Shown here in pieces: positions 18,612-26,163 of a stretch of 64,000 nucleotides of DNA (position 1 is the stretch's first letter; each line of letters starts with the position of its first letter). The position numbers were made by a program, and so were the translations under genes. Source of the DNA: Nitrospirota bacterium (lineage in GTDB: Bacteria > Nitrospirota > Thermodesulfovibrionia > Thermodesulfovibrionales > Dissulfurispiraceae); NCBI GenBank assembly GCA_040758355.1, contig JBFLWF010000005.1, positions 32,001-96,000 on the forward strand, read 5' to 3'. Under the pieces are notes generated by a model. The model was not told the origin of the DNA. It saw only the letters and a program-made list of their open reading frames with translations, and did no database searches.

Positions 18612-19355
18612 TTAAGGTTTAAACGATGGGACTTCCATACCAATTATAAACTGTCTCACTATTGGATTTAAAGAGTTTTTAATCTCATCTGGCGTCCCCA
18701 CCTCTACTATTACTCCATTATGAAGCATTGCGACCCTGTCGGCAACATCAAATATTTCAGGAATATCATGGCTTATTATCACGCCTGTAAAGCCGTATTT
18801 TTTATGGGTATCCATTATAAGTCTGTGGATGGAGTTCAGAATAATGGGATCAAGGCCTGTAGTCGGCTCATCAAAGAATACGATCTTCGGTTCCGTTATC
18901 AAGGCGCGGGCAAGTGCTACCCTCTTTCTCATGCCGCCGCTTATTTCCGCGGGATATTTTTTCTCCATACCCCAGAGCCCTACATCCTCAAGTGCCTGCA
19001 TTACCCTGTCATGGATCTCCTTTTTGCTCACCTTTGTTTTTTCCCTCAGTGGAAATGCTACATTTTCATAGACAGTTAGAGAGTCGAATAGTGCACCTCC
19101 CTGGAAGACCACGCCAAGCTTTTCTCTTATACTGTCCAGTTCCCTTCCGCCAAGCTTCGTGATATCAATGCCATCAACGAGCACGCTTCCTTTATCTGGT
19201 TTAAGAAGGCCGATAAGGTGCTTTAAAAACACGCTCTTGCCTCCTCCGCTCTTCCCTATGATGGCCATTAATTCTTTATCAAAAATAGTAAGATTTACAC
19301 CATCCAAAACCCTCTGGCTATCGAAGGATTTCTCAAGGTCTATAACTTCTATCAT
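18612..19355 (-). CDS. mlaF: MlaF ABC ATPase
   Basis: GKSGGGKS, FQGGALFDSL, ISGGMRKRVALARA, DEPTTGLDP. Confidence 0.93.
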   Translation of the reverse strand: MIEVIDLEKSFDSQRVLDGVNLTIFDKELMAIIGKSGGGKSVFLKHLIGLLKPDKGSVLVDGIDITKLGGRELDSIREKLGVVFQGGALFDSLTVYENVAFPLREKTKVSKKEIHDRVMQALEDVGLWGMEKKYPAEISGGMRKRVALARALITEPKIVFFDEPTTGLDPIILNSIHRLIMDTHKKYGFTGVIISHDIPEIFDVADRVAMLHNGVIVEVGTPDEIKNSLNPIVRQFIIGMEVPSFKP

Positions 19356-19364
19356 CTGTTCTCC

Positions 19365-19452
19365 AAGTAATTAAGTCATTAAGTTATTAAGTTATTGATA
19401 ACCAAGAAATCGACAATCCAATTACTCATTTACCCATTTACTTAATAACTTA
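19365..19452. repeat. Inverted pair of 8-bp tandem arrays between mlaE and mlaF
   Basis: aagtaatt aagtcatt aagttatt aagttatt ... caattact catttacc catttact taataact. Confidence 0.8.
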
Positions 19453-20220
19453 CAACAATACCGAGCCTAAGAAGTAATCCCATATAAGAATTAATACAGA
19501 AGACATGACAACCGCCTCTGTGGTTGCTTTGCTGACGCCTTCTGCTCCGTACCCCGTATAAAAACCTTTATAGCAGCATACCCATGAGACAATAACTCCA
19601 AAACTGATGGACTTGTATATTCCCTGCCTTATATCTTCCATATCGACAAAAACCTCCATCTGGGAGAAATAAGTCCCCTCGCTCATTCCTAAAAGTTTTA
19701 CTGCAACGGCATAACCACCGTATATGCCGATTACATCGAAAATAGCTGCAAGCAAGGGGAAAACCATTATTGCAGCAACCATATTTGGAACGATCAGATA
19801 CCTCATTGGATTCAGAGCCATTGCAGTAAGAGCATCGATCTGCTCGCTGATCCTCATTATGCCAATCTCGGCAGTAAGAGCAGAGCCTGCCCTTCCTGTG
19901 ACCATAAGGGCAGAAAGCACGGGACCGAGCTCCCTTATAAGACTTAAGGCTATGGCAGGACCTAATAATGCCTCGGAGCCGAATTTTCTTAAGGTATAAA
20001 ATAACTGAAGGGCAAGTACCATGCCTGTGAATGAGCCTGTAAGAAGGATTATCGCCATGGACTTGTTTCCGAAAAACCTAATCTGCTTCAGAAGCAAGCC
20101 AAACTTAAAGGGAGGAACAAAAATAAAATAAAAGGCATTTACCATGAATGTGGACATATGTCCCATTCTCCTGATGACAGAGAGTGCCCATGAGCCCAAT
20201 ATCCTTAATAATTTTTCCAT
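19450..20220 (-). CDS. mlaE: MlaE permease
   Basis: RELGPVL..LMVTGRAGSA, MRISEQIDAL, GAEGVSKATT. Confidence 0.94.
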   Translation of the reverse strand: MEKLLRILGSWALSVIRRMGHMSTFMVNAFYFIFVPPFKFGLLLKQIRFFGNKSMAIILLTGSFTGMVLALQLFYTLRKFGSEALLGPAIALSLIRELGPVLSALMVTGRAGSALTAEIGIMRISEQIDALTAMALNPMRYLIVPNMVAAIMVFPLLAAIFDVIGIYGGYAVAVKLLGMSEGTYFSQMEVFVDMEDIRQGIYKSISFGVIVSWVCCYKGFYTGYGAEGVSKATTEAVVMSSVLILIWDYFLGSVLL

Positions 20221-20236
20221 ATAAAAGCTTTATCTA

Positions 20237-20441
20237 AATTCTAATTTAGAAAATATATGTCAGGTACGGCGAAAAGACTTTAAACTCCGCACTTGTATTA
20301 ACATCTCTCCTGTATCCGTAATCTACAACATTGAATACTTGTTGGATAATGCAATTATAATCTTTTATAATACACTTGAACTAACACTTTTTAAAGTCTT
20401 CGAGCCGTGCCTGACATATATAATAACCGCTCAATTTAGCC
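20237..20441 (-). mobile_element. ~200-bp inverted-repeat element, copy B
   Basis: TATATGTCAGGTACGGCGAAAAGACTTTAAA...TTTAAAGTCTTCGAGCCGTGCCTGACATATA...GCTCAATTTAGCC. Confidence 0.88.
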
Positions 20442-20445
20442 TTTA

Positions 20446-20474
20446 ATAATAAAAAATGCCTGTAGTGTTGTCAA
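20446..20474 (-). promoter_or_regulatory. Sigma70 promoter of mla operon
   Basis: TTGACA-17nt-TATTAT. Confidence 0.7.
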
Positions 20475-21347
20475 TTAATTTTGCTTTAAAACCGTTACTT
20501 TTTCGCCTTTGTTGATATCAAAGAGCCTTGAAGCGCTATCCATATTAACAAAGAACTCTAAATGGCCGGAACTATTGATGAGGCAGTAAAGGCTGTTGTC
20601 AGACGCCTGAGAGTAGTTTTTTACAGTCCGGACAATTTTACCTTTTATTTCCACCGAAAATTTTTCGCCCAATCCCTGCAAATCGCTTTTTCTGATATTG
20701 GTAATTACATTCCCAAATGTGTCTACATAAATAATTTCCCCAGAAATCTTATCCCCTTCAACCTTCGGCAACGGAACTTCAAACCTCTTAAAGTCGTCAA
20801 TTGTGCATCCGAATGCTTCTAATGCAATCCCCTTCGATAGCCATGCAGCAACAGGGGCAAATACATCCCTCCCCTGAAAAGTCGGACTGTCTATAGCCCA
20901 CAAGGGGGACATTGTCCCCCTTGTGAAAACCCCCTTTAAAGCATGGTTCCCAAAAAATCTCCAGATTTTTTGCGGTGTTGCCTCTGTTATTTGAATAACC
21001 TTTAATTTTTCTGAAAAAGACATTACATAAGAGAAAATCCCGTTATCAGGACCTACGAAATAGTAACCGTCTGCCTCAATGATGATAGGCCTTCTTTCAG
21101 AGCCGACCCCAGGGTCAACGACTGCAATATGAATGGTTTCTGACGGAAAATATTTATAACTGGAGCCAATGATGAATGCACATTCTTCTATCTTATGCGG
21201 CTCTATTCCGTGGGTTATATCAACAAGAGTTACAGAGGGGTTTATGGATAAGATAACCCCCTTCATCTCGCCGACAAAAGGGTCTTTGTATCCGAAGTCT
21301 GTAGTTAGGGTAATTATTTTATGCCTTAAGGCTTCCGATGATCTCAT
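20475..21347 (-). CDS. SAM hydroxide adenosyltransferase / chlorinase-fluorinase family (DUF62) with in-frame insertion
   Basis: [38 protein letters not shown]. Confidence 0.92.
   Translation of the reverse strand: MRSSEALRHKIITLTTDFGYKDPFVGEMKGVILSINPSVTLVDITHGIEPHKIEECAFIIGSSYKYFPSETIHIAVVDPGVGSERRPIIIEADGYYFVGPDNGIFSYVMSFSEKLKVIQITEATPQKIWRFFGNHALKGVFTRGTMSPLWAIDSPTFQGRDVFAPVAAWLSKGIALEAFGCTIDDFKRFEVPLPKVEGDKISGEIIYVDTFGNVITNIRKSDLQGLGEKFSVEIKGKIVRTVKNYSQASDNSLYCLINSSGHLEFFVNMDSASRLFDINKGEKVTVLKQN
20893..20982. mobile_element. Double-hairpin palindromic insert inside the DUF62 gene
   Basis: Perfect 13-bp arms CACAAGGGGGACA-T-TGTCCCCCTTGTG (20899-20925) and 10-bp arms CAAAAAATCT-CC-AGATTTTTTG (20951-20972); boundaries approximate. 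Confidence 0.65.
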
Positions 21348-22260
21348 TTATATCAGACAGCCCTTCCTCTATCAGAAACTTTTCAAGCCCTTCTATTATT
21401 TCGATAGTCGCAGTTGGATTTATGAAATTTGCAGTACCGACAGCAACAGCCCTTGCACCTGCTATCAAAAATTCGAGGGCATCATTGGCAGCCATTATCC
21501 CTCCCATGCCTATAATGGGTATCTTTACTGCCTTATACACCTCCCATACCATCCTCACTGCTATTGGCCTTACAGCAGGACCTGAAAGCCCGCCTGTGTT
21601 ATTTGCAAGCACCGGCCTCCGTTTTTTCACATCCACGACCATACCGGTTATGGTATTTATCAGAGATATCGCATCAGCGCCTGCGTTTTCCGCTACTTTT
21701 GCCGTAAGACCGATGTCCGTAACATTGGGTGAAAGCTTGACTATCAGGGGAAGATCGGTCGTTTTCCTCACAGCAGTTACAACATGCTCCATTGTTTTAG
21801 GATCTGTTCCGAAGACTATCCATCCTGCCTGTTTATTCGGGCATGATATATTCATCTCAAGGGCATGAACACCCTCTGCATTGCTCAGCACCTCTGCTGC
21901 ATGAATGTATTCATCTATGCTGTCTCCAAAGAAATTTGCAATGACAGGGGTATTGAATTGCCTTAAAAAGGGGAGTTTATCTTTTATAAACGCCTTAACA
22001 CCTATATTTTGAAGTCCAATGGCATTGAGCATTCCTGCAGGTGTTTCCACAATTCTCGGCGTTGGATTGCCTTGCCTCGGTGTGATGGAAAGTCCTTTAA
22101 CAACAATCGCTCCGAGCCTATTCAAATCAAGAAACTCTGAATATTCCTCTCCATATCCGAATGTGCCTGATGCGGTCATCACAGGATTCTTAAGCTTTAA
22201 TCCCGCGATATCTACCGATAAGTTCGGAGTTCTGAGTTCGGAGTTTGGAGTTATTCCCAT
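21319..22260 (-). CDS. pyrD: Dihydroorotate dehydrogenase B, catalytic subunit
   Basis: [39 protein letters not shown]. Confidence 0.95.
   Translation of the reverse strand: MGITPNSELRTPNLSVDIAGLKLKNPVMTASGTFGYGEEYSEFLDLNRLGAIVVKGLSITPRQGNPTPRIVETPAGMLNAIGLQNIGVKAFIKDKLPFLRQFNTPVIANFFGDSIDEYIHAAEVLSNAEGVHALEMNISCPNKQAGWIVFGTDPKTMEHVVTAVRKTTDLPLIVKLSPNVTDIGLTAKVAENAGADAISLINTITGMVVDVKKRRPVLANNTGGLSGPAVRPIAVRMVWEVYKAVKIPIIGMGGIMAANDALEFLIAGARAVAVGTANFINPTATIEIIEGLEKFLIEEGLSDINEIIGSLKA
22221..22252 (-). repeat. 7-bp tandem array at pyrD N-terminus
   Basis: Plus strand agttcgg agttctg agttcgg agtttgg; encodes [10 protein letters not shown]. Confidence 0.8.
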
Positions 22261-23018
22261 ATAATATCCTTTATGTCAAATACAGGTCCTTCTTTGCAAA
22301 CCCTTTTATTGCCTGAAACAGTTTTGATAACACAGCCAAGGCATGCACCTACACCGCATGCCATGTGTTCTTCCAAGGAAACATAACACTTTATATCTTT
22401 GCCTGCAACAACTTTAGAGAGTTCTCTCAACATCGGTGTTGGGCCGCAAGCGTAAAGAGGTAATGGGTAATGGGTAATGGGTAATGAGTTAAAAAACTTC
22501 ATTAAAGAATCTGTTATTAATCCCTTTTCCCCTTCAGAGCCGTCATCTGTAGTTATAAATGATTCTTTTGATAGGGCCTTTGCTTCATTTAGCATTACCA
22601 GTTCTTCCTTGTTCCTCGCACCATAGAAAAGATGGGCCTTGTTTTTAAATCTCGCCAGAAGATGCAATAATGAGGCAATCCCGATGCCGCCTGCAAGGGC
22701 AATGAAATCGCCATGGGGTTCTGGATAACTGTTTCCAAGTGGACCGATTGCATTAATAATATCTCCGCTTTTAAGGTGCGAAAGCGATAGTGTCCCTTTG
22801 CCCCTTATCCTGTAAAGAAAGCTCAGCGAATTATCTTCATGTCTGAAAATACTAAAGGGCCGTTTTAAAAGCGGGTCGTAGGTATCGCCAGCCTGAAGCA
22901 TATAGAATTGGCCCGGTTGAGGAATGTCTATGTCCGATAATGGACTGAGATTTAATAACCTGAAGTGTTTGTTTAAAGAGATGTTATCGACTGTCTTTGC
23001 TTTGAAGTATTTAGACAA
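22251..23018 (-). CDS. pyrK: Dihydroorotate dehydrogenase electron transfer subunit
   Basis: [26 protein letters not shown]...CKEGPVF. Confidence 0.95.
   Translation of the reverse strand: MSKYFKAKTVDNISLNKHFRLLNLSPLSDIDIPQPGQFYMLQAGDTYDPLLKRPFSIFRHEDNSLSFLYRIRGKGTLSLSHLKSGDIINAIGPLGNSYPEPHGDFIALAGGIGIASLLHLLARFKNKAHLFYGARNKEELVMLNEAKALSKESFITTDDGSEGEKGLITDSLMKFFNSLPITHYPLPLYACGPTPMLRELSKVVAGKDIKCYVSLEEHMACGVGACLGCVIKTVSGNKRVCKEGPVFDIKDIIWE
22459..22486 (-). repeat. Perfect 7-bp tandem array (CATTACC)x4 inside pyrK
   Basis: Plus strand ggtaatg x4; encodes LPITHYPLP. Confidence 0.88.
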
Positions 23019-23484
23019 AGTTAATCTCTGTGATCTCGTATTCTATAGTCCTTGCAGGCGCCTTTACTACTGCGACATCGCCCACCTCTTTTCCAATCAG
23101 TGCCCTTCCTACAGGTGAGCTTATGGAGATCTTTCCGCTTTTTACATTAGCCTCGTCAGGACCTACAAGGGTGAATTCATACTCTGTATCAGCCTCTATA
23201 TCAACAACCTTTACCTTTGCACCAAATGCAATCTTTGACTGGTTTATCCTGGCCGGGTCTATGACATCAGCCATTGCCAGTTTTGCCTGAAGTTCCTGAA
23301 TACGCCCTTCTATAAAAGACTGCCGCTCCTTTGCAGCATGGTATTCCGCATTTTCTGACAGATCGCCATGCGCTCTCGCCTCGGCTATGTCCTGTATGTT
23401 CTTGGGTCTTTCTACCTTTATAAGTCTATCAAGCTCGTCCTTGAGCTTCTGATAGCCTTCGGGTGTCATTGGGACACGATTCAT
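23011..23484 (-). CDS. greA: Transcription elongation factor GreA
   Basis: AHGDLSENAEY, ISISSPVGRAL. Confidence 0.96.
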   Translation of the reverse strand: MNRVPMTPEGYQKLKDELDRLIKVERPKNIQDIAEARAHGDLSENAEYHAAKERQSFIEGRIQELQAKLAMADVIDPARINQSKIAFGAKVKVVDIEADTEYEFTLVGPDEANVKSGKISISSPVGRALIGKEVGDVAVVKAPARTIEYEITEINFV

Positions 23485-23608
23485 TATAGTTACATCCTCC
23501 GCAAACCGTTTAAACTTTCAAACTATTTAAGATTAAGAATAACACTTTCACATCGATTTTTTCAAAACCATAATCCGTAGTCAAGGGAAGCAGGCACGGG
23601 GATTGAAA

Positions 23609-24043
23609 TTACGTCTTTTGTGTCTCTTTTGACAGAGAAGGCACCGGAACCCTGAAGGAATAACGCTCGTCTTCGAGGATTATCTGTGTTGCCTTTAGTT
23701 TGGATATGTTAACAATTATAGGGGCCTTTAAATTTGCATTCAGCCTGTTATCAGCAACATTGAGAATTACAAGGACAATGGTCTCTGCTACATCCGTGAT
23801 CTCAAGGAATTGTTCAACATCGTCCTCTATAGTAAGAGAGTAGTCAGGGAAAAGGCCAAAGGGCTCGGTAACTATAAATGCAATATCGGGATCATCCACT
23901 GCGTGAAGCCACTTTATAGGGTCTTTATAGTCCAGAAGTATGTACCTTTTCAGATTGGTAAATCCAGGGATTCCCAATGGGAAATTAATAATCTTGGCAT
24001 CTTCTATTTCTATTTCCCCGAATCTTGTCGTATTTATTTTCAT
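23609..24043 (-). CDS. fliW: Flagellar assembly factor FliW
   Basis: TTRFGEIEI, FPLGIPGF, ANLKAPI; next to csrA; start uncertain. Confidence 0.92.
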   Translation of the reverse strand: MKINTTRFGEIEIEDAKIINFPLGIPGFTNLKRYILLDYKDPIKWLHAVDDPDIAFIVTEPFGLFPDYSLTIEDDVEQFLEITDVAETIVLVILNVADNRLNANLKAPIIVNISKLKATQIILEDERYSFRVPVPSLSKETQKT

Positions 24044-24061
24044 CTTCACCCCGGACAATTG

Positions 24062-24289
24062 TTAAGTATTTTTTATTTCAAGAAAATCCTTAAGTTTATC
24101 CATATCCAATTTTGCCGATTCCACATTCAACTGCTTCAATTTTTCGTAAAGTTCTTCTCTGTAGATGGGAAGCTCGCGGGGCGCTTCGATTCCAAGTTTT
24201 ACAAAGCCATTACCGATCTCGACAATTTTAATTTTTATATTGTCTCCGATGTTTATTGTCTGATTGGCTTTTCGTGTTAGAACAAGCAT
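24062..24289 (-). CDS. csrA: Carbon storage regulator
   Basis: MLVLTRK...VKLGIEAP...IYREE. Confidence 0.95.
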   Translation of the reverse strand: MLVLTRKANQTINIGDNIKIKIVEIGNGFVKLGIEAPRELPIYREELYEKLKQLNVESAKLDMDKLKDFLEIKNT

Positions 24290-24308
24290 TTTATCCTTAT
24301 GTTCCGGC

Positions 24309-26069
24309 TCATTTTAAGAAGTCAAAGAGACTTGTTCTTAAGAAGTCTGATGAAGCTACACGCAGGCTCTCCAATGCAGCCTGACTTTGTACCAGTTCAG
24401 ATGTCAGTTTTGGAATATCGGCATCCTGATCATTGGATATGTATGTACTTAAATCATATTCCCTGTTATCCTGGAATCTCCCTTCTGCATCGAGTTTATT
24501 CAATCTGGCTCCCACCTCTGCCTGCTGCTGATAAACTTTTTCTGCCACCTTGCCGACATAATCAATTGCCTTCTGTATTCTTCCCGTATCGTTCATTTCG
24601 AGGGAGACTTTTAAGAAGTGCAGTGCCCTCAATATATTGTTCTCGTTGAGATAGTTGTTATTAAAACTGTAATAGTTGGGATTGTTGGTTCTGTCGGTAA
24701 TGTAGTTATAATTCGCAATACCGTCTGCGTCGAGTTTCATATTTGACTTAACCGTGTCGTCCTGATAGTCCGGGTCAAACGAGAATCTGTTAAGGCCAGC
24801 CCCCGCACCGTCACTTACGGCCTGGGATGCAACAATTTTAACCTCTCCGGATTGTCCGACCGGATTCGAAGCAATAACGAGCCTGTAATCGTTGGTTGCA
24901 AACTTTATAATATTCGCCTTTACACTTGCATTCGCCTTATTTATAGTATCGCGGACCTGATTTAAAGTTGCACCTGCGGCTAAATTAACATCCCCTACAC
25001 TGCTGTCGCTGGTAATGCCTGTACCTATTGTCTTGTCCGTAGAATTGAATCCGAGAATTTGTTCTATCGTATTATTCGCATGACCAAATTCTATGGTCGT
25101 TGCTCCTGCCGAGGTAATGTTAAATTTCCTTGTATCGGTATCGTAGGTTGCCTTTATCAATGTCCCTCCACCGAGGGCAGAAAGGGCTGTCGCAAACTCG
25201 CTGCCGGTATAAATATTATTGGCAATTGCGTAGTCATTACCGTCAATTCTGATCGTGTTATTCGAGGCATTTATGAGAAATCCTCCAGCAGATGCTGTGG
25301 CATCGTTCTCCCCTACCGTTATAGTCAGGAAACCCCCATTAGTTGTACCTGAATTGGCAACAGTAGGATTGGCCTCGCCACCTCCGTCTCTCATATGTAT
25401 TGCAGATAACGGATCTGCATCCGGAGGGGTCTCCGGCTCTCCGGTAAGGGGGTCATTTGTTGAGTCAAAATTGTAGTTATATGACGGTAAAACAGCGTTT
25501 TGAGGATCGGTTGAATTTACCCGCTTGAAACTGAATAATTCGCTTGCCGGGATGTTTAACCCGATCTCTATGGTCTGGCTTATATTTATCTCGAAGATAT
25601 TGGTATCGGCAACAAACTCACCTGTGTTGACATCGACAGGTGCAATATTTGATTTAAAGCCCGAGAATATATATCTATCGCCGACTTTCGTATTTGCGAT
25701 GCCAACGGCGCTTTCAAACAGAACGCCCACTTCCCGTGCAATCATGAGTCTCGAATTTGGGTCAGTGGTACCTGTTGCTCCGCTCAGTGAAAGTTCCTTT
25801 GCCCTTATTAAGATATCATTTAACCCTGAGAAGGACGAATCTGCAGCCTCAAGAGAGCCTTTAGCTGAATCTATTGCCCTTTTGTACTCACCGATTGCCG
25901 ATATATGCGTTGTGTAACCGATAATCCTCGACATTGCCGTAGGATCATCGGAAGGACGATTAATCTTTTTCCCTGTTGCGATCTGTTCGCTGGCCTTGAA
26001 TATAGATTCCATGTTCCTCTGCATATCGGAAAGAAACCTGTCATAGAACATCTTTGTAGTAATCCTCAT
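24309..26069 (-). CDS. flgL: Hook-associated protein 3 with large central insertion
   Basis: MRITT...TGKKINRPSDDP, YIFSG, VGARLN, SLFDFLK; ATG 26069 preferred over TTG 26078, which lies in a repeat. Confidence 0.92.
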   Translation of the reverse strand: MRITTKMFYDRFLSDMQRNMESIFKASEQIATGKKINRPSDDPTAMSRIIGYTTHISAIGEYKRAIDSAKGSLEAADSSFSGLNDILIRAKELSLSGATGTTDPNSRLMIAREVGVLFESAVGIANTKVGDRYIFSGFKSNIAPVDVNTGEFVADTNIFEINISQTIEIGLNIPASELFSFKRVNSTDPQNAVLPSYNYNFDSTNDPLTGEPETPPDADPLSAIHMRDGGGEANPTVANSGTTNGGFLTITVGENDATASAGGFLINASNNTIRIDGNDYAIANNIYTGSEFATALSALGGGTLIKATYDTDTRKFNITSAGATTIEFGHANNTIEQILGFNSTDKTIGTGITSDSSVGDVNLAAGATLNQVRDTINKANASVKANIIKFATNDYRLVIASNPVGQSGEVKIVASQAVSDGAGAGLNRFSFDPDYQDDTVKSNMKLDADGIANYNYITDRTNNPNYYSFNNNYLNENNILRALHFLKVSLEMNDTGRIQKAIDYVGKVAEKVYQQQAEVGARLNKLDAEGRFQDNREYDLSTYISNDQDADIPKLTSELVQSQAALESLRVASSDFLRTSLFDFLK

Positions 26070-26076
26070 AATTTTC

Positions 26077-26157
26077 AAGTAGTTAAGTATTTAAGTAGTT
26101 AAGTATTTAAGGGAAAGAATTTCTAACCCCTTAACTACTTAACACCTTGACTACTTG
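26077..26157. repeat. Inverted pair of 8-bp tandem arrays between flgK and flgL
   Basis: aagtagtt aagtattt aagtagtt aagtattt ... aacccctt aactactt aacacctt gactactt. Confidence 0.8.
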
Positions 26158-26163
26158 TTACCA

